Positions 53,611 through 62,061 of a stretch of DNA of 64,000 nt are shown here, piece by piece. The notes under the pieces are model-generated. The model had not been told where the DNA came from and searched no databases. It saw nothing but the letters and a program-made list of their open reading frames with translations. Within the stretch, counting starts at the first letter, position 1; every line of letters starts with the position of its first letter. A program made the position numbers and the translations under genes. The DNA lies in the IMG/VR virus record IMGVR_UViG_3300018080_006410; one strand, given 5' to 3'. Source of the stretch: an uncultured virus (IMG/VR IMGVR_UViG_3300018080_006410) (taxonomy: Duplodnaviria > Heunggongvirae > Uroviricota > Caudoviricetes).

Positions 53611-53620
53611 ATTATACGCC
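53611..53620 (-). promoter_or_regulatory. Class 2 promoter-like -10 motif (GGCGTATAAT)
   Basis: Perfect TATAAT, ~37 nt upstream of the 53574 start. Confidence 0.6.
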
Positions 53621-53638
53621 GGGAAAGTGGGAAATCGA

Positions 53639-54028
53639 CTACTTGGAGGCTCTCTTGAGCTTGGCCATTATCATGGCCTGGAGGTACTGGGAGGCGAAAC
53701 CCTGGATGGTTCCGTCCGGATAGATCAGCCGAAGGCCCTTGAGCCTGGAGAAGAGGCCGGAGGCGTCCTGGGCGCGGCATCCCGCCACGACGCCGAAATG
53801 GGCGACGTCGAACTCCACCCTGGACCAGAGCCAGTCCCACTGCCGCGCCGGGTCGGACTCCCCGCACTGCTCGCCGGCCCCGCACCTGATGCTGGTGACG
53901 ACCGACTTCCACGCGATCACGCCGTTCCGGAGCGTGTCGTCCTCCACCAGCGGAGCGACGTTCTCCGCCTCCTCCGACTCCTTGAACTGCGCCAGCACCT
54001 CTCCGAAAGTAGCCATGTCACTCTCCAA
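53639..54028 (-). CDS. Hypothetical protein, possibly winged-helix
   Basis: RLKGLRLIYPDGT. Confidence 0.65.
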   Translation of the reverse strand: MESDMATFGEVLAQFKESEEAENVAPLVEDDTLRNGVIAWKSVVTSIRCGAGEQCGESDPARQWDWLWSRVEFDVAHFGVVAGCRAQDASGLFSRLKGLRLIYPDGTIQGFASQYLQAMIMAKLKRASK

Positions 54029-54082
54029 TCTCGAACTCGTCCCTGGCGTCCGGCACCCACTTGTACGGGAAGCGATGGGCCA

Positions 54083-56320
54083 TCACGCCCCCCACGCCGC
54101 GTCTATCGTCCCCGCCGGCACGTCGAACCACTGCTCGGCGACCCTCGCCGCGATCTGGGCCGTCATCACCGGAGGCACGCTCATGCCTACGCAGTACACC
54201 TTCAGCCGGCTGGAGCGCCCGAGGTAGTCGTAGTCGTGCGGGTAGGACCCCACCAGGCTCACCTCCACCCAGCTCAGCCGCCTGAACTCCTCGTGGTGCG
54301 ACAGCTTGTCCACCGACGACCCCAGGACGGTCGGGCACGGCCGCTCCCCGCTCACCCTGGCGAAGTTGAAGTAGGAGCCCCCGGCCGCCACGCTGTACGA
54401 GTCCCCCGGACGCGTCCTCGACCAGAAGGCCCGGTGCGTCCCGCTCATCTCCGTCTCCGAGACGTCCTGGAAGGGGAGCGCCTGGCAGACCTCCCCGAAC
54501 GTGATGGGCTCCTCGTCGAACTTGAGCCGGAGGGCTGGAAGCCCGAGGTCCCTCCTCCTCGCCACGAAGAAGACCCTCTCCCGGAGCTGCGGGACGCCCA
54601 TGGTCGCCGCGTTCAGCAGGAACAGCTGCATGTCGTAGCCGAGCTCCTCGAACCGGTCCCGGATCAGCTTGCAGTAGCCCTTCGCCCTCCCCAGGATCAT
54701 GCCCTTGACGTTCTCGGCCACGACCACCTTCGGCTTGAGCCTGTCGACCACGTCGAGGAAGTCGAAGAAGAGGTCGGACAGGACCTGCTTGGCCTGCCCC
54801 TCCCTGAACCTCTTCTCCTCGCCCCAGACCTCCTCGCGGCTCCCGGCCATCGAAAAAGTGGAGCAGTTGTGCACCACGTAGCCGTCAGCCACGAAGCTAT
54901 GATCCTCCTCCACCGTCAGATCGTGCACCGTCGTCAGCTCGCTGGCCGGCACGACGGCCCTTCTCATCTTCCGCCACCGCATGCCTTCGTCCACCATGGT
55001 GTATCGACCGTCGTCCTCCCTGATCGACAGATGCCACGACACGGACACATTGACCTTTCGGCCCTCGATCACGTCGCTGTTCGGTTTGCGCCTGACGATC
55101 GAGGTCGTGAACCCCAGAGAGCTCGCGAGAAGGTTCATCCCGGCCAGCAGGCACCTCCCGACCGTGGTCGCCACCCAGTAACCCTCATCATACCGCGTCC
55201 CGTCCGCGTCGAGATACCCCGACAGCAACGCACTCCTCCACTCCCTATTCATCGAGAACACGAAGCCTGGCATGGTCTTCCCAGACGCACCCTTTCCGAA
55301 GTGCCCCATCAGCCAGAGAACCAGAGCCTTGCTGTTCACGAACTTCCTGGTCACCGTCTCCTGGTCGCCACTGCCAATATGACAGCCAACCTCCTCCAAC
55401 CTCCCCTGGAGGTCCTCCGACTCGTCATCGCAGCAGCAAATGATCGCCACCGCCCTTCCACGCTTATGGCGCCCGTCCTTGAACTGGCGCCTGCACCTCT
55501 CCGAGCAATACGACGTCCACCACCCTTCGTACCTGGCATGCGGCCTCGCCATCTCCGTCTCGCAGTTGGCACAATGGCGCTGCTCGGAAACATACCTCGG
55601 CTGCTTCCGATATGGCTCATCCCCAGCCTCCTCGTACCTCACCCACCCATCGCCAAGCCACCTTCCAACCATGTACCAAAACGGAGCCGAATACTCGAAA
55701 CCCTCCGGGGATGCGACCCAGTCCGCCAACCCCATCTCCGTCGGGGTCGCCAGAAACATCCCTCCCACATCCTTCGCCTGAACCCACCCCTCTTCTCCAA
55801 GGTTCTTCGCCTCCGGACTCCTCTCTGGCTTCCTGGCGAGAAAAGGGTGGTCCGGCGTCACCTCGATCCTGTTATCCAGGAGCACCGTCGGACTCGTCCT
55901 GCTCATCGTGTCCGTCACGCGCCGCCACCTGCGCATGTGCGTCAGGACGAGGTCGCCGACCCTCACCTGCTCGATCGGCAGAACCCCCCTCATGGTCAGA
56001 ACCGGGGTCCCGGCCGCGAAGCAAGGAGGGCTCCCGTCCAGGATGTCCAGGTCGTAGAGCTCGTCGGGGTAGTCCTCGCGCTCCTTGAACTCCTGTATCG
56101 GCTCCAAGAAGGAGTGGGTCGGATGATGGTTGGCCTGGTACAGCTCCATCATCTCCTTGTCGATCTCGACGCACCCGACCACGTCGAAGCCGGCCATCTT
56201 GTATCCGAAGGAGCTGCCCCCTCCGCACGAGAACGTGGAGAAGACCTTGTGGCCATGCCTGTCGACCCGGTCCAGGTCGGACCTCACCCAGCAGAACGGG
56301 AACCTGTGGCTACTCGTCAT
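54083..56320 (-). CDS. C5-cytosine DNA methyltransferase containing an intein
   Basis: FSCGGG (I), DILDGSPP|intein|CSTFS (IV), AENVKG (VI), QLRERVF (VIII), GMSVPP (X). Confidence 0.93.
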   Translation of the reverse strand: MTSSHRFPFCWVRSDLDRVDRHGHKVFSTFSCGGGSSFGYKMAGFDVVGCVEIDKEMMELYQANHHPTHSFLEPIQEFKEREDYPDELYDLDILDGSPPCFAAGTPVLTMRGVLPIEQVRVGDLVLTHMRRWRRVTDTMSRTSPTVLLDNRIEVTPDHPFLARKPERSPEAKNLGEEGWVQAKDVGGMFLATPTEMGLADWVASPEGFEYSAPFWYMVGRWLGDGWVRYEEAGDEPYRKQPRYVSEQRHCANCETEMARPHARYEGWWTSYCSERCRRQFKDGRHKRGRAVAIICCCDDESEDLQGRLEEVGCHIGSGDQETVTRKFVNSKALVLWLMGHFGKGASGKTMPGFVFSMNREWRSALLSGYLDADGTRYDEGYWVATTVGRCLLAGMNLLASSLGFTTSIVRRKPNSDVIEGRKVNVSVSWHLSIREDDGRYTMVDEGMRWRKMRRAVVPASELTTVHDLTVEEDHSFVADGYVVHNCSTFSMAGSREEVWGEEKRFREGQAKQVLSDLFFDFLDVVDRLKPKVVVAENVKGMILGRAKGYCKLIRDRFEELGYDMQLFLLNAATMGVPQLRERVFFVARRRDLGLPALRLKFDEEPITFGEVCQALPFQDVSETEMSGTHRAFWSRTRPGDSYSVAAGGSYFNFARVSGERPCPTVLGSSVDKLSHHEEFRRLSWVEVSLVGSYPHDYDYLGRSSRLKVYCVGMSVPPVMTAQIAARVAEQWFDVPAGTIDAAWGA
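54866..56023 (-). mobile_element. 386-aa intein with LAGLIDADG endonuclease and an inserted Zn finger
   Basis: Starts CFAAGTPVLT; block B VTPDHPF; VGRWLGDG and LSGYLDADG; ends GYVVHN before the catalytic Cys+1. Confidence 0.93.
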
Positions 56321-56924
56321 CCTCTTCCTCCTCGGCCTGCGGCTCGACCACGGCCTCGACGTCCTTCGCGTCGATCTCCCACTCGAACGAGCAGCACGGG
56401 CACTTCACGTCGCAGTCGGACGTCAGGTCGTCCACGTCGACCTCCCGGTTCTTGCCCTCGTAGCTCTCCTCGCCGGTCTTCGGCGCCATGGCCTCCACGG
56501 CGTCCCGAAGGCCGCCGAAGTCCAGCTCGCCGAACAGCTCCGGCCGGGAGTCCTCCAGCCTGGAGATGAGGTCCAGGATCGGATCGTCCCACTCGCCCTC
56601 GATCTCGGGGTTGTTGAGAGTCAGGTTGGCCGCGACCTCCTCCTCGTCGGAGAAGTCGACCACCACGACCGGCGCCTCCTCGACGCCCTGGTCCATCAGC
56701 AGGGAGTGCCTCTGGTGGCCGCCGACGATCCTGCCGGTCCTCTCGTTCCAGACGATGGGCTCGACGTAGCCGAACCTCCGGAGGGACGCCGAGAGCGCCC
56801 TCATGGCGCCTCCGTCGATCTTCCTGGGGTTGTAGGCCGACGGCTCCAGGTCCGCCAGCCTAGCCCTCCTGATCTCCCACCGGCTCCGGCTCTCCGTCTT
56901 CGACTTCCTGCTCTTCGAGGGCAT
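56310..56924 (-). CDS. ParB/Srx N-terminal domain protein with C-terminal Zn ribbon
   Basis: YNPRKI...SLRRFGYVEPIVWNERTGRIVGGHQR...LNN; CPCCSFEW. Confidence 0.88.
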   Translation of the reverse strand: MPSKSRKSKTESRSRWEIRRARLADLEPSAYNPRKIDGGAMRALSASLRRFGYVEPIVWNERTGRIVGGHQRHSLLMDQGVEEAPVVVVDFSDEEEVAANLTLNNPEIEGEWDDPILDLISRLEDSRPELFGELDFGGLRDAVEAMAPKTGEESYEGKNREVDVDDLTSDCDVKCPCCSFEWEIDAKDVEAVVEPQAEEEEDDE

Positions 56925-57462
56925 TCCGCACTATCCTTCCGCTTGTCATCTCCCACCTGCTCCGGCATCTCGGGCACGTCACCACCACCTCCGCCTGCGG
57001 CCCGTCGTCGGGCGGAGGCGGCGGAGGGGGAGGAGGAGCACCCTCGTCGAACCTCAGCCTCTTGACGAAGTTGTGAAGGTCCTCCAGCCCGATCTCGGCG
57101 AAGGCGTCGCCCATCGACTCGGAGGCCTCCTCCAGCATCCCGACCACCTCCTTGGTGAAGGTGCCTCGCAGGCGCGGGCTGTTCAAGGTGATGTTGAGGG
57201 CCACCTCGTCCTGGTCGTCCAGGTCGACGACCACCACGTCGACCTCCGACTCGCCGGCCTCCGCCAGGTGCCGGAGGCGCTGGTGGCCGCCGACCACGTT
57301 GCCGGTCCTCTCGTTCCAGACGATGGGCACCAGCATCCCGAAGCGGTCGATGGACTTCCCGAGCCCGCCCATCGCCACGTCCGAGATCCTCCTCGGGTTG
57401 TACTGGGCCGGCTGAAGCCGGTCGAGGGCCATCCTCCTCACCTCGCAGTCGCCGAGCTCCAT
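56860..57462 (-). CDS. ParB/Srx N-terminal domain protein with poly-Pro linker and Zn ribbon
   Basis: YNPRRI...IDRFGMLVPIVWNERTGNVVGGHQR; CPRC. Confidence 0.88.
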   Translation of the reverse strand: MELGDCEVRRMALDRLQPAQYNPRRISDVAMGGLGKSIDRFGMLVPIVWNERTGNVVGGHQRLRHLAEAGESEVDVVVVDLDDQDEVALNITLNSPRLRGTFTKEVVGMLEEASESMGDAFAEIGLEDLHNFVKRLRFDEGAPPPPPPPPPDDGPQAEVVVTCPRCRSRWEMTSGRIVRNALEEQEVEDGEPEPVGDQEG

Positions 57463-57463
57463 G

Positions 57464-57895
57464 TCACACCTCTCCGTCGTCCTTCATGCGCCCGTAGAGC
57501 CCGTCGACCGCCATGCCGGCGGCGAAGGCCACGACGGCCCGCTCCATCCTGCGCTCGAACGAGCCCGCCAGGAACGGGATGTTGATGTTGTTCCGCTTGC
57601 CGTCGGGGAAGGTGTCCACGAGCCGGTAGACCAGCCACACCACCTCGATCACGAAGTCGCGCCTGGCGAGCCCCCCGTAGTCCTTGAAGCCGGCCGCCAT
57701 CCTCATCACGTCCGGCACGATCTTGCCGATGACCGAGACGTCGGACCACTGGAGGCCGTCCGAGATCGCAACCTCGACGGTCGAGACCACCTTCGCCACC
57801 TCCGCGATGTTCTCGTTCACCTTCGCCACGTTCTCCGGCGAAGCCTCATTCGCCCCGATCTGCTCCAGCAGCGCCTTCACTTGCTCGATTCCCAT
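57464..57895 (-). CDS. Helical hypothetical protein
   Basis: RBS AAAGGAGG; ORF track. Confidence 0.65.
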   Translation of the reverse strand: MGIEQVKALLEQIGANEASPENVAKVNENIAEVAKVVSTVEVAISDGLQWSDVSVIGKIVPDVMRMAAGFKDYGGLARRDFVIEVVWLVYRLVDTFPDGKRNNINIPFLAGSFERRMERAVVAFAAGMAVDGLYGRMKDDGEV

Positions 57896-57922
57896 GACCG
57901 TCCTCCTTTGTGCCCTCGCAGC

Positions 57923-58492
57923 TCAATACCAGTCGTCGTCCTCCAGCGGATGCTCCCTCGCCACCTCCTCCAGCGTCTCGTAGTCTATCACGTCGAGGCC
58001 CAGGAAGCGACCTCCCCCGCCGGACGCCGGGCAGTCCGTCGACAGCGTGCCGCCAACCGACGGCCACGCCACGCGCTCGGCGGAGCTCGCCAGCTCCATC
58101 ATGCTCGAAGCCATGATCGCCTCCCGCGGCTCCCCGCGGTCAACCGACCCGGCCTCGACGCCTCCGCCGGCGCCACGCATGCCCGGCTGCATCACGGCCC
58201 ACGCCCTCATGGCCGCCTGGATGGCCGCGACCTCCCCCTCGGCCGGCTCGGACGCCGCCATGCGCCGAAGCACCGTCGGGGGCTTGTTGACGTGCCGGAG
58301 CTCGCCGTCGTACTCCTGGTCGGCCTTCCCCCACCCCTCGTCCTCCTCCGGGTCGTAGACGAACTCGATCTCGTCGACGGCATCAATCACGAAGTCCATC
58401 TTCTCCGGAAAGGAGCCCTGCTCATGGTCCCCGTCGCCCACGGTCGCAACCGTGCCCCTGGCCAACTCCAGCATCGAGCTTCTCCGACTCAT
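57923..58492 (-). CDS. Acidic hypothetical protein
   Basis: MSRRSSMLELARG...; ATGA overlap. Confidence 0.55.
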   Translation of the reverse strand: MSRRSSMLELARGTVATVGDGDHEQGSFPEKMDFVIDAVDEIEFVYDPEEDEGWGKADQEYDGELRHVNKPPTVLRRMAASEPAEGEVAAIQAAMRAWAVMQPGMRGAGGGVEAGSVDRGEPREAIMASSMMELASSAERVAWPSVGGTLSTDCPASGGGGRFLGLDVIDYETLEEVAREHPLEDDDWY

Positions 58493-59355
58493 GACGCCTT
58501 CTCCATCTCCTCGGCCCTGGACAGCCACGCCGCCGCCCTGGCCTCGTCCACCGACACGCCGAACCCGCGGGAGTAGGCCCAGGCCAGGTTTCGCATGCAC
58601 TGCGCCCCGCCGGCCTCGGCCCCCTTGGACCAGCATTCGACAGCCTTCCTGTGGTTCGGCTCGCAACCCCTCCCGTGGAACCAGTCGTCCCCCTCCAGCT
58701 GCATCCTCGCCGGCGTCACGCGCCTGTCTCGCCCCGCCGCCAGGTCGCTCGGGGACGACGTGTCGTGCCCGACGAACCCTATCACGTCCGCGCCGACCTG
58801 CGACGCCTCCATCAGGGCGTAGAACCTGCACTCGCCTCCGAGCTGGAGGCCCACCATGAAGTCGTCCGCCGGGACCGCCGGGTCGAACTCCACGGCCGCC
58901 AGGCTCGCCGCCGGGGCGCCATCGACCCTCAGCCCGTACGAGACCAGCAGGTAGGCGCAGAAGACCCGGTGCCAGCCGCCCGACACGGGCACCGGCCTGC
59001 GCTCCTCCTCCTTCTCCGTCGCCGGGGTCCAGTACCACGCCCCGAGGTAGACGCCGTCCCAGTCCCCCGGCAGCTCCGGCATCCCGGCGTCCAGCCTCTC
59101 GTCGAAATCCTCCGGCAGCAGCGCGTCGTCCTCGAATACGAAGTAGGTCGAGAGCCCCCTGTCCCGCGCCATCCTGGCCACCTCGCGATGGGACATGAAG
59201 CAGCCCCTCTCCGGGTTCTCCGCGTCGTCGACCGCGGAGAAGCGCTCGGCCTCGATGCCGTGGGCGCCAAGCTGCGCCTCGATGGCCTCGCGCCGGTCGC
59301 CCCGGCGATCCAGGTTGATGTAGAAGACCGCGTCGAAATAGTCGCTAAGGGCCAT
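58489..59355 (-). CDS. GT25-like glycosyltransferase fused to a C-terminal Sel1-like repeat
   Basis: YINLDRRGDRR, RFSAVD, GCFMSH, FEDDA; AVECWSKGAEAG...LAWAYSRGFGVSVDEARAAAWLSRA. Confidence 0.85.
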   Translation of the reverse strand: MALSDYFDAVFYINLDRRGDRREAIEAQLGAHGIEAERFSAVDDAENPERGCFMSHREVARMARDRGLSTYFVFEDDALLPEDFDERLDAGMPELPGDWDGVYLGAWYWTPATEKEEERRPVPVSGGWHRVFCAYLLVSYGLRVDGAPAASLAAVEFDPAVPADDFMVGLQLGGECRFYALMEASQVGADVIGFVGHDTSSPSDLAAGRDRRVTPARMQLEGDDWFHGRGCEPNHRKAVECWSKGAEAGGAQCMRNLAWAYSRGFGVSVDEARAAAWLSRAEEMEKAS

Positions 59356-60061
59356 CGAACAGGCTCCCGTGCCTCTCCGAGAACGTCGCCTCGATCTCGT
59401 CGACGTTCTCGATCATCCGATAAGCCTCGGCCGACAGATGCCTGCGGCCCGGGGCCACATGGCCCGTCACCTCCGGGCCGTCCTCCCGGGACATGCCCAC
59501 GAACTCGAACACGTCGCCCAGGGCCGCCACCCGCGACTCCATCGCCCCCCCGTAGAGCTCGGCGTGCTCCACCCACATGACGTCCAGACCCTCGGCCAGG
59601 CGCCTGACCCGCTCCACCTGCCCGACCCTGCGGGCGGCCATCTTCTCGATCTCCGGCATCGGCAGCGCGCCCAGCGAGTCCCGGCCCCGGAGGAACCTCC
59701 TCACGTCGGCCTCCATCCACACGTCGTTCACCGTGCATATCGCCTCGCTCACGACGGCCCTCAGGACGTTGCGCCGCCACAGGACCACGAACCTGACCGG
59801 GCAGTCGCGGTAGCCCATGACCTCGTCGACGAAGCCGTCCTTCCAGTGCGGCGTGAACATGAAGCCGTCAACCTGGCCGAACAGCCTGCCGATCGCCTCC
59901 CGGCCAGGAGGCGACCCGCAATAGCTGCTGTCGTCCGGGTTGAAGACGTCGCCCTTGAAGCTCGCGTCCGGATGCGCCCACATCGCGTGCTTCAGCGACG
60001 TCGACCCGCTCCTCGGCCAGGTCACGACCACGAACTTGCCGGCCATGTCAGCCCTCGCCAT
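59345..60061 (-). CDS. Sulfotransferase (Stf0/Sulfotransfer-like)
   Basis: 5'-PSB WPRSGSTSL; 3'-PB LWRRNVLRAVVS. Confidence 0.8.
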   Translation of the reverse strand: MARADMAGKFVVVTWPRSGSTSLKHAMWAHPDASFKGDVFNPDDSSYCGSPPGREAIGRLFGQVDGFMFTPHWKDGFVDEVMGYRDCPVRFVVLWRRNVLRAVVSEAICTVNDVWMEADVRRFLRGRDSLGALPMPEIEKMAARRVGQVERVRRLAEGLDVMWVEHAELYGGAMESRVAALGDVFEFVGMSREDGPEVTGHVAPGRRHLSAEAYRMIENVDEIEATFSERHGSLFDGP

Positions 60062-60740
60062 CGAACAGGCTCCCGTACTCGGCCGCCAGGGCAGCCTCTA
60101 TCTCGTCCACGTTCTCGATCTTCCGGTATGTCGCGGTCGAGTTGTGCTTCCGCTCGGGCCTCAGGTGGTCCACGATCCCCGGATGGTCCCCCATCGGAAA
60201 CCCGATGAAATCGAAGACGCGCCTCATGACCTCGACCCTCTTCTCGAAAGGGCCGGAGAACAGGTCCTCGTGGAAGACCCACAGAGCCTTGCGGCTCCCG
60301 AGCAGGTCCTTGACCTTCTCGCACTGCATCCTCCTCTCCTCGGCCTTGGCCCGGACCTCGTCGACGGGGAACGACCCGAGCGTGGCCACCCTGCGCATGT
60401 GGCTCCTCACATGCCCTTCCCACCACACCCCGCAGCGCCGGCACGTCAGCTCGGAGATGAGGGCCTGAAGGATGTTCCTGCGCCACAGGACCACGTACCG
60501 GACATCCCAGTTGCGACACGCGAAAAGCTGCTCGACCTTCCAGTGCGTCAGGAACATGAAGCCGTCGTTCTCGCGGAACAGGCGGTCGAGCAGCTCGGTG
60601 CTCGGCGGCTCGTCGACGTACATGTCCGTCCCCTCGGTGAAGATGTCACCCAGCATCCTGATGTCGGGATGCGCATGAAGCATCGCCCGGAGCGCGGTGG
60701 AGCCCGTCCGCACCCACGCCACCGCCACGAACTTGCTCAT
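60048..60740 (-). CDS. Sulfotransferase (paralog)
   Basis: WVRTGSTAL; LWRRNILQALIS; HEDL; FDFIG. Confidence 0.8.
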   Translation of the reverse strand: MSKFVAVAWVRTGSTALRAMLHAHPDIRMLGDIFTEGTDMYVDEPPSTELLDRLFRENDGFMFLTHWKVEQLFACRNWDVRYVVLWRRNILQALISELTCRRCGVWWEGHVRSHMRRVATLGSFPVDEVRAKAEERRMQCEKVKDLLGSRKALWVFHEDLFSGPFEKRVEVMRRVFDFIGFPMGDHPGIVDHLRPERKHNSTATYRKIENVDEIEAALAAEYGSLFDGEG

Positions 60741-61174
60741 CGCCCCTCCTCGGCCGGCTTGTGCTCGTCCTTGTAGAGACCGGCCCCGTACAGGGCCCCG
60801 TCCCTCAGGAAGCTGACGAGCGCCGTCCTGACCTCCGCCGGTATCTGCTCCTCCAGCTCCACGTTCCCGATCACCAGGAACAGGGCGTCGACCCAGTCCG
60901 CGTACGCCACCGGGACGAGCTTGTAGACGTACTTCTGGAAGACCTCCTTCGACACGGCCCCGCTCTCCAGGTACTCCGCTATCGACCTGCACACCTCGAC
61001 CGCCTCCGCCTTGTCGACGCCCTGGTCCAGCAGCGCCGTCATGGCGATGTCGCCGCCGGACCTCGACAGGGCCTGCCGCTGGTTCCACGTCCAGACCTTC
61101 CCGCCACCCATGCTCGCGCAACCCGTGAGGGTCGCCGCCACCGCCATCAGAATCAGACCTGTCCACCTTCTCAT
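60737..61174 (-). CDS. Predicted lipoprotein
   Basis: MRRWTGLILMAVAATLTGC lipobox. Confidence 0.75.
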   Translation of the reverse strand: MRRWTGLILMAVAATLTGCASMGGGKVWTWNQRQALSRSGGDIAMTALLDQGVDKAEAVEVCRSIAEYLESGAVSKEVFQKYVYKLVPVAYADWVDALFLVIGNVELEEQIPAEVRTALVSFLRDGALYGAGLYKDEHKPAEEGR

Positions 61175-61189
61175 AGCCAGCTCTCCTTT

Positions 61190-62050
61190 TTACGACGGGG
61201 CCGCCTCATGGGCCCTCTCCGTCCAGAGCGCCACCTTTTCCGGGTCGGCCTCCGTGCCGATGCCCTCCGTGTACGCCCAAACCAGATTCATTATGCACTG
61301 CCGATGCCCCAGCGTCGCGCCCCTCTCCCATTCCTCGAACGCGCCGCCGTGGTCGCCGGCATGGTAGCACTCGTCCCCGGCCACGTGCGCCCTGGAGCCG
61401 GCCCTCCTGCGCCGGCTCCTGCTCTCCTCCAGGTCGCTGTCCAAATGCCTGTTCTCCTGGATCGCCAGCCCCCAGTCCCCGATCCTGCTCGCCTCGTCCG
61501 CCGTCATCAGCCCGTACCACCCGCAGTCGAAGCAGCCGCCCGAGAAGCGCCCCCGGATCACGTCGTCGAACGGAGCCCCCAGCCACTCCTTGCCGGCGAA
61601 CTCCTCCAGGACGTCATGGCGGAACGCGCAGAAATGGGCGCAGAACTCGTCCCTCAGCTCCCAGCAGTGGCCGGCCACGTGCCGCGGCCTGATGTCGTCC
61701 AGGACGCACCCGGGCGGAGGCCACCTGGAGCCCCCGAGGTGGATGCAGCCCCAGTCGCCGGGGACGTCGTCCAGCCATTCCAGCTTCTCGTCGAAGCGGT
61801 CCGTGAAGACCGCGTCGTCCTCCAGCACCACGACACTACCCATGCCCCGCTCCAGCGCCATCCGGTAGACGGAGCGGTGAGACATGAAGCAGCCCCTCTC
61901 CGGGTTCTCCGCGTCGTCGACCGCGGAGAAGCGCTCGGCCTCCACGCCGACCTTCGCGAGCTGGGCCTCGAAGGACTCCCGCCTGTCAGGCCTGCGATCC
62001 AGGTTGACGTAGAAGACCCCGTCGAACTGCTCGTTTAGCCTCGATGCCAT
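61190..62050 (-). CDS. GT25-like glycosyltransferase fused to a Sel1-like repeat (paralog)
   Basis: YVNLDRRPDRR, GCFMSH, LEDDA; AFEEWERGATLG...AYTEGIGTEADPEKVALWTERA. Confidence 0.85.
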   Translation of the reverse strand: MASRLNEQFDGVFYVNLDRRPDRRESFEAQLAKVGVEAERFSAVDDAENPERGCFMSHRSVYRMALERGMGSVVVLEDDAVFTDRFDEKLEWLDDVPGDWGCIHLGGSRWPPPGCVLDDIRPRHVAGHCWELRDEFCAHFCAFRHDVLEEFAGKEWLGAPFDDVIRGRFSGGCFDCGWYGLMTADEASRIGDWGLAIQENRHLDSDLEESRSRRRRAGSRAHVAGDECYHAGDHGGAFEEWERGATLGHRQCIMNLVWAYTEGIGTEADPEKVALWTERAHEAAPS

Positions 62051-62061
62051 TCTCTTCTCCT

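Noticed and set aside
53519..56569. 1016-aa plus-strand ORF and other long plus-strand ORFs (14118-15917, 18720-20264, 28771-30375, 45896-47965)
   Set aside because: Antisense shadows of motif-bearing minus-strand genes; GC-rich codon bias suppresses stops, and the translations are Pro/Arg/His-rich with no recognisable motifs
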